Virus record (IMG/VR): IMGVR_UViG_3300017747_003026
Location: 1-42,706 of that record
DNA length: 42,706 nucleotides
Source of the DNA: a virus
Taxonomy: Duplodnaviria > Caudoviricetes
Strand: one strand, 5' to 3'
Under the pieces are notes generated by a model. The model was given only the letters and a program-made list of their open reading frames with translations. It did no database searches and was not told the origin of the DNA. Both the position numbers and the translations under genes were made by a program. How positions within the stretch are numbered: the stretch's first letter is position 1; every line of letters begins with the position of its first letter. Positions 8,355 through 16,830 of the stretch are shown in pieces.

Positions 8355-10253
8355 CTATTCGCTCATCTGACGAGGCTGCGGCTCAGGCACCATCCCAAGC
8401 GCATAGGTAAATAGTGCAAACGATTCCTGCCCGTCGTACACAAAGTTCTGCTGGACGGATCGGCCGTCACTCCCGAGGGGGAGCGGCGTGTAGCCCTTCC
8501 GCCGCCCCGATCCGCCGTAGCTGTCCACCCCGTAGACCGCCGAGCCATACGAGGCGAGGCCGGTCCCGATGCTGATCGAGATCTGGCCCTGACTCACGCC
8601 GTCCACCATGGTTTCGGCGGTGAACGATCCCGCGTGGGGCTCATACTCCACATGCAGGTCGGTGAACCGGGCGCGGTGTAACCCCGCCGACAACGCCGGG
8701 CCGTTGTATTCCGCGCTCATGTTCGCGCCGTCAGCGGTCGTGCCTTCCGACTCGGTAAAGACCTTCGTGGCCGTCGAGGGCAACGTCTGGAGCTTTCCGC
8801 GATTACCCTGGACGGGTTCGTCGCCGTCCCAGAAGATATAGAGCGACACATTGCGATCCGTGTCCGCCCAGGCGGGCGCTTCTGACTCACGGGTGCGCGA
8901 CAGGTCCAGCACCCATTCCCCCCGCGCCGCTCGGGGATACAACCGCGGCACGGCGATCCGGACTTCCTTCTCACTCCAGTCGTAGACCATGGCGACGTTG
9001 GCCACGGACGTAGAGGGCGAGTTGTCAACCATGTCCTTCCAGCCGGGCGTGAGGTCGTTCGACAGCAGCGAATCGGTGGCCCCGTCGAACACGAAGACCC
9101 CCTCGGCAGAGGCATGGGCCACGCCCGCCTCAATCGCACACGTCGCGCGCGGCCCCAGCGCCCCGCCCTGAGCGCCGAGCGACGGCCGCACCTCGAAGTC
9201 CAACGACGTCTGCCCGATCACCAAAAAGATCTGCGATTGCCCGAAGACCAGCAGCGTGTCGCCCTGTGGCTGGATCGCGGTAATCTCCTCGCCGTTGGTG
9301 AACGGCAAATCGATGTAGTAAAGCGCGGGCCACCCTTGGGGGGTGAATATCTCGGTGAAGTGCAACCGCGTCGGCTCGGTCGCATGCCGCGCCCACCAGC
9401 GGTTCTTCCAGCTCACCCCGAACGCCAAGAGCGGGGGGACGCCATGCGTCGACGGCGCCTCGTCGTTCGCGCTCCAGTTGGAGGACGTGATCACAAACGT
9501 GCTGGACGCCCCCACGCTCTGGGCCGCTGAGGAGTGCTTGCGGTAGACCGTTTCCCCCGCCGTGATGTTCTTCAGGTAGACGCAGATCGCATCCACCTGC
9601 GCGTCGGTCGAGTTGGGGATCTGCGCCACAATCGCGTTCCCCGTCGAGGTCAGACTGATCGTGCTCTGGAACGTCGAGGGGTCCGACTCGTAACTCTCCC
9701 CGCGATCCTTATAGGTCCACACCAGACCAAACGTCGAGGTACTGAGCGTCGACGTCTGCGAGGACAGCGCCAGGGACGACTGGCCCGCCGGGGAGGCGAT
9801 CCCTAACCGGGTCCATGTCACCAAATCGGTCGACTTCTGCGGCGTGGTCGCGGCATCGAGCGCGGCCACGAGTTCCCGGTCATGCACGAAGTAGACCTGG
9901 TTGGCCGTGGACAGCCCATTCAGGACCGACGTGGCCGGCCACACACCCGAATCAGGCAATAGGTAGACGTTACCGTTGGCGGCAATCAGGGTGCCCTGTG
10001 TCGAGCCGAGATAGATCCGGTGGGCGCCTTGCGCCGTCTTGGTGCTCAAGACGGAGGTCGTGAACGACTCATAGCCCGCCCGTACGCGCAACGCCCCCGG
10101 CTCTGCGAGGGAGAAGTTCCGGCAGACCCGCGACCGCTGGTCATCCAGGAGCGTCGGCGTCCGGCGCAAGTCCAGCCCGCCCGTGAGATCGCCCACGGGA
10201 ATCGTCTGGTAAACGGGCTGCGCGACGGCGCGACGTGTGGCGACTTTCGGCAT
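8355..10253 (-). CDS. Tail nozzle / packaged-DNA stabilisation protein (P22 gp10 / tubular protein B-like)
   Basis: 632 aa, beta-rich; N-terminal DLTGGLD and propeller-like segments; position after the adaptor. Confidence 0.75.
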   Translation of the reverse strand: MPKVATRRAVAQPVYQTIPVGDLTGGLDLRRTPTLLDDQRSRVCRNFSLAEPGALRVRAGYESFTTSVLSTKTAQGAHRIYLGSTQGTLIAANGNVYLLPDSGVWPATSVLNGLSTANQVYFVHDRELVAALDAATTPQKSTDLVTWTRLGIASPAGQSSLALSSQTSTLSTSTFGLVWTYKDRGESYESDPSTFQSTISLTSTGNAIVAQIPNSTDAQVDAICVYLKNITAGETVYRKHSSAAQSVGASSTFVITSSNWSANDEAPSTHGVPPLLAFGVSWKNRWWARHATEPTRLHFTEIFTPQGWPALYYIDLPFTNGEEITAIQPQGDTLLVFGQSQIFLVIGQTSLDFEVRPSLGAQGGALGPRATCAIEAGVAHASAEGVFVFDGATDSLLSNDLTPGWKDMVDNSPSTSVANVAMVYDWSEKEVRIAVPRLYPRAARGEWVLDLSRTRESEAPAWADTDRNVSLYIFWDGDEPVQGNRGKLQTLPSTATKVFTESEGTTADGANMSAEYNGPALSAGLHRARFTDLHVEYEPHAGSFTAETMVDGVSQGQISISIGTGLASYGSAVYGVDSYGGSGRRKGYTPLPLGSDGRSVQQNFVYDGQESFALFTYALGMVPEPQPRQMSE

Positions 10254-10861
10254 CAGATGCTGTACGGCTCTTGCGGGGGCGCCGGCTGGCGGCGCAGATA
10301 CTCCATCAGGTCCGCCCAGGGGTCTTGCGTCGGCGCCGGAGGAGCGACCGGCGCCGCGCCCCATCCTTCTTCGCGGTCATACGTCGGCAGCGTCGGCTGG
10401 GGTTGGAATCCAGGTGCCGGTTCAGGCGCCGGCCGCGCGGGCGGCACCACGTCAATCCGCTGCCCAGGCGCATCGGCCGGCGTGATCCGCGGCGCGCGCG
10501 CGATCGACGGAAAGAAGTCCGCCAACGGCATATTCGGGGGAGGCGTCCCGTTCGATCCGGGCGAGAAGGTCGATCCGGCGCCGGTGGGAATCATCGGCGC
10601 AGATGGCGGCGCCTGTCCCGCGCCGGCCCCACCAGGGAGGTACCGCCCCAGAACAGTGTTCACAACGCTATCGACGCGCGTGTTGCCGCCCGAGCCTTGC
10701 GCGTTCAAGAGCGCGGCCGGGGCGGTGGCGTTCGGCCCCACCTGTTTCGGCAAGCGCAGCGAGAGAATCTTGATCGCCTCCTGCACGCTGTTGCCGGTCT
10801 TCGGCCGGACCGGCGTCCCCGCCGTCGGCTGCCCCGGTTGGAAATTCACGCCCGCGATCAT
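10253..10861 (-). CDS. Pro-rich virion-associated hypothetical protein
   Basis: Start and stop both coupled to neighbouring genes. Confidence 0.6.
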   Translation of the reverse strand: MIAGVNFQPGQPTAGTPVRPKTGNSVQEAIKILSLRLPKQVGPNATAPAALLNAQGSGGNTRVDSVVNTVLGRYLPGGAGAGQAPPSAPMIPTGAGSTFSPGSNGTPPPNMPLADFFPSIARAPRITPADAPGQRIDVVPPARPAPEPAPGFQPQPTLPTYDREEGWGAAPVAPPAPTQDPWADLMEYLRRQPAPPQEPYSI

Positions 10862-11022
10862 GCTGGTCCCTTCTGCACCAGAGGCCCTTGACAGGCCCCC
10901 GAAAAGCGCGGGGTCGCCCCGCTCACGTACTTGATCCGCCGCTCGCCGCAGTGGCATTCCGGCGGCGTCTTCACCTCACGCGGCACGTCCTGACGATGGC
11001 CGCAGACAAAGGTGATCGTCAT
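10858..11022 (-). CDS. Small zinc-ribbon protein (54 aa)
   Basis: Manual translation MTITFVCGHRQD...PPECHCGERR...; ATGA overlaps on both sides. Confidence 0.6.
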   Translation of the reverse strand: MTITFVCGHRQDVPREVKTPPECHCGERRIKYVSGATPRFSGACQGPLVQKGPA

Positions 11023-11819
11023 CGGTAGTACGACCCCAGATGCGAGCGTTCCCCGCGAGAGCCGCGCTGAGATGCCTTGAAGTAGCTCTTACTCGTCCGC
11101 ACCGCCCGAGGGCCCTTCGGACGCGTGGCTTGGATGTACCGCTGCACGTAGCCGAGAAACGCCTGCAACTGCCGGTCGCTCGCCTCGGTGTCCTTCCGGA
11201 GCTTTTCCAGCTTGTGCGCTGCGTAGTGAACGATCCCCTGGTGGTACGGCTCCAAGTCGGTACGCGTCTGGCTCGAGATCGTGAACGGGACATCCGTGTC
11301 ACTCGTCATCGAGGACGGCTTCGGCACGTAGGGGATCAGGAGGTGCGCGGTCTGCGAACTGGTCGTGCTGACATCCGAAGGCCGATCCAGCCCAAAGAGG
11401 AATTGCCCACCCGACCGCCGTAGATACCAGCCCGTCGGAGCACCGTACGAGGTGGAGCGCCATCCGTTGTCGGCGGCATCGAGCCATTGCACTTCGCGCT
11501 GAGGGAAGTCCTGATCCCCCGCGAGGCTCATGAGTAGCGACCCGTTGCTGTCAAACGTCTGATAGACCGGAGCCTGCGCGGCTATCCGCACGAAGTCCCC
11601 ACTCGGCAATACGGTCGTGCTCAGGAGGTTGAATTCCTGCGCCCCGCTTGAGACGGTCACAGACGACTGCCGCGTCAGGCACTCGGTCAGGTCCGCGAAC
11701 TGCCGGTACCCCTCATTGACCGCGTGCTTCCGGCGTGCGGTCGTGAACAGGACTTGGGAGTCGTTCGTCCCCAGTTCTGTGTCGATGGCGTCGGCGTAGA
11801 GGTTGACGAAGCTGGCCAT
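11019..11819 (-). CDS. Head-tail adaptor protein
   Basis: Helical N- and C-termini (VNEGYRQFA, YHQGIVHYAA) with a beta middle; typical position. Confidence 0.7.
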   Translation of the reverse strand: MASFVNLYADAIDTELGTNDSQVLFTTARRKHAVNEGYRQFADLTECLTRQSSVTVSSGAQEFNLLSTTVLPSGDFVRIAAQAPVYQTFDSNGSLLMSLAGDQDFPQREVQWLDAADNGWRSTSYGAPTGWYLRRSGGQFLFGLDRPSDVSTTSSQTAHLLIPYVPKPSSMTSDTDVPFTISSQTRTDLEPYHQGIVHYAAHKLEKLRKDTEASDRQLQAFLGYVQRYIQATRPKGPRAVRTSKSYFKASQRGSRGERSHLGSYYR

Positions 11820-11975
11820 TTACTTCTTCTTCGGTGGCATAGCTTTCAGGGCATCGAGTTCCGTCTTGAGCGCGTCACGCTCAGCCGTCATCTGTTCCAG
11901 CGCCACGGTCAACTGCGCGATCTGCATGACCATGTTCCCGAGTTGGGCTTCGAGGATCTGCGTCAGGCGCTGCAT
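11820..11975 (-). CDS. Small coiled-coil protein (51 aa)
   Basis: Manual translation MQRLTQILEAQLGNMVMQIAQLTVALEQMTAERDALKTELDALKAMPPKKK; abuts both neighbours. Confidence 0.65.
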   Translation of the reverse strand: MQRLTQILEAQLGNMVMQIAQLTVALEQMTAERDALKTELDALKAMPPKKK

Positions 11976-12260
11976 TTAGTCGGGGCTCCCGGAAATCGTG
12001 CCGGCGATCTCGCCGTCCGCGATCAACTGCGTCAGGACGCGCTTCTGCAGCGAGTTGGAGGTTAGGTTGGCCTTGTTCAGCGCGACCATCAGCGTGGTGG
12101 CCGTCGCGCCCTGGTAGCCGCAGAACTTCGTTTCGCCATTGGTGCCCTTGAGGCGGATCGCAATCGAGGCTGAGTCCCAATCCATCGCCAGCATCACCAC
12201 GCGGTACGTGGTCAACGAGGGAGGCGTCACTGGAGTCGTGAGCGTGACAATCTCTGGCAT
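11976..12260 (-). CDS. Hypothetical structural protein
   Basis: Good RBS (GGGAGGG) and compact packing. Confidence 0.65.
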   Translation of the reverse strand: MPEIVTLTTPVTPPSLTTYRVVMLAMDWDSASIAIRLKGTNGETKFCGYQGATATTLMVALNKANLTSNSLQKRVLTQLIADGEIAGTISGSPD

Positions 12261-12273
12261 GGTGTCCCTCCCG

Positions 12274-13041
12274 TTAGCTCGTCGGCGGCGTGACGGAGTA
12301 GTAGTAAATGGTCACCCGGACGCGTCCGGTGTTCGCGGCTGGCGTGCCGTTGGGCGTGATGCGGATCGAGAGCGCGGAGGCGTTGTAGTAGGCCCCGGCC
12401 TTGGTGCCTGGATCGGTCGAGTTCAGGTTCACGCTGACAGCCGCCGTGCTGAAGCGGGCCGCGCTACCGGAGTCACCGACAGTAAACGTGGTGGCGGTCG
12501 GGATGGCCACGGTGACGCGCACGCTCACGCCGAGGATCACGGCATTCGCGGGCATCTGGATCGTCGTGTCCGTGGTGGCCGCTGCGGCGATCGTGGTGAG
12601 TTCCGTCAGTTGCTGCACGTCGTTAAAGACCTGACCGTTGGCCCCAGGAAACGTCAGGCGTGCGGTCCCAGTCTGCGCCCGATCCCGCAACGCCAGCACC
12701 GCATCCGTGGCGAAGTCCAAGCCCACGCCGGCCGACCCAGCCGCAGTCGTGAGATTCAAGTGCCCATCCGTGCCCGTCCCCGCCCCTGGATAGAGTTGGG
12801 TTTTCGCGCCCTCTCCAAAACGAATCGCACCCGTCCCGCCGGTATAAATATCGTTCCCAACGATGATGTTGCCGCTGGTTTGAAGACGCCCCGCACTCGG
12901 CGGTGCTACCCCGATCCCGAGCGCCGTGAATTGTCCGGGCACCGTGCTCGTCACCGCCGCCTGCGTGATCGACAACGGCCCGAAGTTCACGGGTGCCCCA
13001 ATCGTCGGCACGCCATTCACGAAATGCCAGATGGGATTTAT
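12274..13041 (-). CDS. Fiber/decoration-like structural protein; start uncertain (candidate ATA at 13041)
   Basis: Thr/Gly/Ala beta-rich sequence with a C-terminal GRVRVTIYY. The longer ORF-track N-terminus is antisense to the HNH gene. Confidence 0.65.
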   Translation of the reverse strand: MNPIWHFVNGVPTIGAPVNFGPLSITQAAVTSTVPGQFTALGIGVAPPSAGRLQTSGNIIVGNDIYTGGTGAIRFGEGAKTQLYPGAGTGTDGHLNLTTAAGSAGVGLDFATDAVLALRDRAQTGTARLTFPGANGQVFNDVQQLTELTTIAAAATTDTTIQMPANAVILGVSVRVTVAIPTATTFTVGDSGSAARFSTAAVSVNLNSTDPGTKAGAYYNASALSIRITPNGTPAANTGRVRVTIYYYSVTPPTS

Positions 13042-13063
13042 GACAGCACCGCCTTGTTGACGG

Positions 13064-13072
13064 TGGTAAAAT
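13064..13072 (+). promoter_or_regulatory. Extended -10 promoter (TG-G-TAAAAT) for the HNH gene
   Basis: tggtaaaat lies 65 nt upstream of the ATG, followed by a structured leader and an AGGAGG RBS. Confidence 0.5.
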
Positions 13073-13136
13073 AGGCGAGGCGCGCAGGGAGTGGAGTCCC
13101 GTACGCGCCTCTCACCACTTGACCGTAGGAGGTCGC

Positions 13137-13592
13137 ATGGCTCGTAAGAGCATACAGGAACGATTCTGGTCGAAGGTCGATAAGTCCGGCGATTGCTGGC
13201 TCTGGACGGCTGGCCGCAAGAACTCCAACCCACAGATCGCGTATGGCTGTTTTCGCGTAGACGGCAAGACGCTGTACGCCCATCGACTGGCGTGGGAGTT
13301 GACGCATGGCCCGATCCCTCCAGGTTTGGTGGCGTGCCATAAGTGCGACAACCCAGCGTGCGTGAATCCTTCGCACCTGTTTCTTGGCACGCAGGCCAAT
13401 AACATTCGTGACTGCGCGACAAAGAACCGAACCACCCAAGGCAGTCGCAATCGCCACGCCAAGCTGACCTGTGATCAGGTCGGCGCGATTAGGGCCGACA
13501 GCAGAACACAGAGGCAAATCGCCGCGTCCTACGACGTTGACACATCGCTGATCTGCAAGATCAAGCGCCGAAAGATTTGGGCGCATTTGTAG
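13137..13592 (+). CDS. HNH homing endonuclease (antisense insertion in the structural operon)
   Basis: RFWSKV, CWLWT, AHRLAW, HKCDNPACVNPSHL and N residues; C-terminal HTH; AGGAGG RBS. Confidence 0.92.
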   Translation: MARKSIQERFWSKVDKSGDCWLWTAGRKNSNPQIAYGCFRVDGKTLYAHRLAWELTHGPIPPGLVACHKCDNPACVNPSHLFLGTQANNIRDCATKNRTTQGSRNRHAKLTCDQVGAIRADSRTQRQIAASYDVDTSLICKIKRRKIWAHL

Positions 13593-13601
13593 CGGGTTCA
13601 T

Positions 13602-13919
13602 CTAGCCGTTCCCCTGCAGGTACACGGTGATCGACGCGGTAGACCCGGAGGTCTTATCCAGGACACGCGGCTTCACCCACTCCAGCGGCCCCATGAACTG
13701 ATCCGTGGTGAATTCCCCCAACGTCGAGACGATGGTGGAGATCACCGAATACGGCCCCGCGCTGGAGCCCATGCGGTGCAACAGTTGCGTCACGCCCGTG
13801 CAGCCCGACGAGGACTCAATCCCGAAGGTGATCCCCTGCGAGTAGCCGCGTACGTCAAACGCCTTGCCCGTACCCGTGGACGTGAAGGTCCACTTATGTG
13901 AAGCGGTCAGGTCCGCCAT
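13602..13919 (-). CDS. Small virion structural protein
   Basis: Beta-rich and Ser/Thr-rich; downstream of the capsid gene. Confidence 0.65.
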   Translation of the reverse strand: MADLTASHKWTFTSTGTGKAFDVRGYSQGITFGIESSSGCTGVTQLLHRMGSSAGPYSVISTIVSTLGEFTTDQFMGPLEWVKPRVLDKTSGSTASITVYLQGNG

Positions 13920-13929
13920 GTGGCCCCCT

Positions 13930-14418
13930 TTAGGCTTTGATGTAGTTCCACTTGATCGGCGTGTCGGTCAGAATCGAGGCCGTGGACGCGAGGTTGTTCA
14001 GCCACGCGACCTTCGCTTCGTTCGCCGCCGTGCAGCTGTACCCCACCATGCCGATCGCCGTGCTCACCAGGGTGGATTCCGGCCGCGCCAAGTAGAGCAT
14101 GTCGTTCACGCCCAAGCCGGGGACCGTCACGGTCGAATAGACCAACCCACTCGCCGGCAGTTCCACGAGCGTCATCGTGGACGTGCCGCGGTTCATGCCG
14201 CCGAAGCCGGATGTGGACCCGCCGATGCGGATCGTGTTGGACGAATCGCCCAACTGCAGCGTGCCGGTGCCCTTCGCGCGAACGGTCAAGCCAGCGGCGG
14301 CCGAATCACTGGCGGGAAGCACCGTGCTACCGACCAGTTCCACGCCAGACAGGCCGTCGACGTTGGTGATGAAGCCCTTACTGTGATGCGTAGCCTCGCC
14401 AGGATTGCGGTATTCCAT
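13930..14418 (-). CDS. Capsid decoration/fiber-like protein
   Basis: AKGTGTL fiber-like motif; Ser/Thr-rich; follows the major capsid gene. Confidence 0.65.
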   Translation of the reverse strand: MEYRNPGEATHHSKGFITNVDGLSGVELVGSTVLPASDSAAAGLTVRAKGTGTLQLGDSSNTIRIGGSTSGFGGMNRGTSTMTLVELPASGLVYSTVTVPGLGVNDMLYLARPESTLVSTAIGMVGYSCTAANEAKVAWLNNLASTASILTDTPIKWNYIKA

Positions 14419-14502
14419 GTGCTGCTGTCCTCAGCGCGTGTCTACATGACAGCTACGTACCGGGCAGGAACCGGCAGACACGCGCGTTACTGACGCCTGC
14501 GG

Positions 14503-14535
14503 AAAAGGCGGGCTGAGGCCCGAAGACCCCAGCCC
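14503..14535 (-). terminator. Intrinsic terminator-like hairpin after the major capsid gene
   Basis: GGGCTGGGGTC-TTCG-GGCCTCAGCCC stem with a cUUCGg loop, followed by gccTTTT. Confidence 0.65.
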
Positions 14536-14544
14536 AGAACCGAA

Positions 14545-15465
14545 CTAGACTCCGGGACTTCCGAACGTCCCTTGCCAGAACGAGCAGCCGAACGACCGGC
14601 GCCACCGGACCGGATACAGGCGGTTGCCCGTCCGGGGATCGGTGCGCGGCGTCTGCATCGAGATCGGCACGCGGGTGTAGCTCGTCATGCCGTGCCGCTT
14701 CTTGTTCGAGTCCTGCACGAACCAGGCGTCCGGGTCCGTCAGGTAGGGGTTGACCACGACGGTCCAGTTGCGCTTCTTCAGCGCGTTCACGTCGTTGTCC
14801 GCCACACCGGGGCGCAGCTGCGAGTTGATCAGGCGATGCGCCTGGAACTCGTTGGCGGGCGCCACGACGAGGGTGAGCGAGGTGGCCGGCGCCACGATCT
14901 GGCCCGCTTCCACCTTGGTTTCGGTCTGCAGGTCGATCAACGCCTGCTCGAGCGACGTGGCCGAGAGATCCGCATCGGTCGTCAGGCGGTTGCGCGCCGT
15001 GCCGCCGGCCTTCAGGACGTGGGCGGTCGAGAAGATCGCCACGCCGTCCGGGGACTGCTCGGTCGTGAACCCGTTGTTGTAGAGGATGGCCGCGCGCTTC
15101 TCCTCCACCACGCGGGACGCGAACATGAACCACCGGCCGTTCTGGGCCAGCTGGTCGTACTGGTCGTCTTCCAGCGCCGTCTCGGTCACCTCGAACATGG
15201 CGCCGAACTCGGTGTGCAGGAAGTCCTTGGTCCAGCCGGGCCGGATGACGCTGGACGTGTAGGGGGCGCCTTCGCCCTTCTCCGGGATGTCCCCGACGCC
15301 GGTGACGCTCATCACGCGTTCGAACTTGCGATCCGAGGTCTTGACGTTGATCAGGTCCGCCCAGATCTTGGGCAGTTCCTTCTGGGCATCGAACAAGATC
15401 GTGAAGACCGACTTGTCGATGTTGTCGTAGAGCTCGGTAAATGTGCCGCGGGTTTGGATCGCCAT
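14545..15465 (-). CDS. Major capsid protein (HK97 fold, Mu gpT-like family)
   Basis: 306 aa; EKGEGAP, ITE-like ETALEDD, DGVAIFSTAH, LVVAPANE and NPYLTDPDAWF motifs. Confidence 0.9.
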   Translation of the reverse strand: MAIQTRGTFTELYDNIDKSVFTILFDAQKELPKIWADLINVKTSDRKFERVMSVTGVGDIPEKGEGAPYTSSVIRPGWTKDFLHTEFGAMFEVTETALEDDQYDQLAQNGRWFMFASRVVEEKRAAILYNNGFTTEQSPDGVAIFSTAHVLKAGGTARNRLTTDADLSATSLEQALIDLQTETKVEAGQIVAPATSLTLVVAPANEFQAHRLINSQLRPGVADNDVNALKKRNWTVVVNPYLTDPDAWFVQDSNKKRHGMTSYTRVPISMQTPRTDPRTGNRLYPVRWRRSFGCSFWQGTFGSPGV

Positions 15466-16059
15466 TTACAGCACTCCCAGGTAGACGTTGGACGTCAGGA
15501 ACTTGAAGTACACCGGGCCGTTGGTGTCGCCCTCCGTGCCTTCAGGAATGCCCGTCTGCTTGACGGTGACGAGCGCGACGGTGCTGTTGGTGGAATCCAC
15601 CAGCCAGACCTGATTGGTGGAATCGAAACGGACGGCGAAGTTGTCGCCGTTGTTGCTGGAGGCCGAGGCCCCCGCCGTGAGGTAGCCGACAAATTCGCAG
15701 CCGGCTTCGGCCACGAAGACGCCGATCTTCTTCCGGATGGGCGTGCCAGGCGCCGACGAGGACGGGTCCACGTTGCCGCTGTTGCTGCCGTCCGAGGTGG
15801 AGCCTTCCGCCGCGATGCCAATGATCGTCTGTGCGATCAAGAGCAGGTCGGCGCCGTTGCCACCGGAGCTGTAGCCGCGCCGGACGCGCAGGCCGCCCGT
15901 GGAGACGGTCGTATCACGGGACACGATGTCGCCGTACTTAATGACCTGCGTACTCGGGCAGGTGCTTTCCTGGAAATACTGAATCGCCGGGGTGGCCGCG
16001 CCGTAGCGCGTGCGCCCGTGGGTCATGACTGACCCCGTGCCGATTGTCCAGTCTGCCAT
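15466..16059 (-). CDS. Capsid cement/decoration protein
   Basis: IKYGDIV and IIGIAAE beta-tulip-like pattern; immediately upstream of the major capsid gene. Confidence 0.7.
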   Translation of the reverse strand: MADWTIGTGSVMTHGRTRYGAATPAIQYFQESTCPSTQVIKYGDIVSRDTTVSTGGLRVRRGYSSGGNGADLLLIAQTIIGIAAEGSTSDGSNSGNVDPSSSAPGTPIRKKIGVFVAEAGCEFVGYLTAGASASSNNGDNFAVRFDSTNQVWLVDSTNSTVALVTVKQTGIPEGTEGDTNGPVYFKFLTSNVYLGVL

Positions 16060-16270
16060 GTTGACCTCTGGCGACTACACACGTAGCCGCGACGAGAGAT
16101 GAACGATGGTCGGGATTTGAAAGCCGTTCCGGTGAGGCTCCGTGCCGTGGCCTTGAACCGAAACCGACGAAACGCCCGGTGAAGACTGGCCCCCGGCGAC
16201 GGGGCATGGTGTGACCGGAGGGCCGTGTAGACCCGCCGGGTAGCGTGTCACACCAACACGCCACCCCGAG
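16060..16270 (-). ncRNA. Structured ~210-nt leader upstream of the capsid genes
   Basis: Largest non-coding gap in the late operon; TGGTGTGAC/GTCACACCA helix, GCCCC/GGGGC hairpin, and GCGGCTAC/GTAGTCGC hairpin next to the RBS. Confidence 0.5.
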
Positions 16271-16275
16271 TCTCT

Positions 16276-16304
16276 AAACTACGCCGCTTGCGTCAACGTG
16301 TCAA
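16276..16304 (-). promoter_or_regulatory. Sigma70-type promoter TTGACA-N17-TAGTTT
   Basis: Consensus -35, 17-bp spacer and TAnnnT -10 in a GC-rich genome. Confidence 0.65.
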
Positions 16305-16335
16305 GCTGAATTACGATCGCGCTCGACCGGCGCGG

Positions 16336-16827
16336 TCACGCCGCCGGTTCCGGTTCGAGCTCGATCCGCTCGCGGCCGTCCTTGATGTCTATGTGGTCGA
16401 ACTGACGCGCCACCGCATCCCCCGCCTGCGACCCATGAGCCACGGCGGTTTCCTGAGCCACGGCATCCCGCGTTTGCTTCCCGCCCAGGTTCTTCAGGTT
16501 CAGGCTGGACTTGGCCTGCTGGATCGCGTCGAAGTCGGACTGGAACATCTTCACTAGCACTTCTTCGCCGTGCTCGCCGCGCACCAGGCGCCCGTCCTTG
16601 GCTTCAAAGCCGAGTTCGTCCGGTGTGCCGTCCAGTTCCTCCGGCGTCACGTAGACCCATCCCTTGTTGTGGATCACGTCGTGCAGCCGTCCGGTGCGCG
16701 ACTTGCTGTTGATGATGCGGATGGCCCACTCCCCCGGCGTCTTGAGCGTGACGGGCTGCGACGGCGCCCCAAACGGGTGCAGCTTGCGGCGATCGATAAC
16801 AGAGACTTTCGGCAGTTTCTTGGCCAT
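16336..16827 (-). CDS. Head morphogenesis-region hypothetical protein
   Basis: KGWVYVTPEEL...VLVKM pattern; lies between scaffold and capsid genes. Confidence 0.7.
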   Translation of the reverse strand: MAKKLPKVSVIDRRKLHPFGAPSQPVTLKTPGEWAIRIINSKSRTGRLHDVIHNKGWVYVTPEELDGTPDELGFEAKDGRLVRGEHGEEVLVKMFQSDFDAIQQAKSSLNLKNLGGKQTRDAVAQETAVAHGSQAGDAVARQFDHIDIKDGRERIELEPEPAA

Positions 16828-16830
16828 GGG

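Noticed and set aside
13042-13601. Group I intron carrying the HNH gene
   Set aside because: Only about 100 nt of non-HNH sequence, too little for a catalytic core, and no P7-like motifs seen
14572-16032. Long plus-strand ORFs (also 1600..2730, 3060..4079, 19642..20613, 23705..24877, 33553..34515)
   Set aside because: Antisense shadows of GC-rich genes; Arg/Gly-rich with no recognisable motifs
16090-16200. Hammerhead ribozyme on the plus strand (GAAAC, CGGTGA repeats)
   Set aside because: No CTGANGA core found
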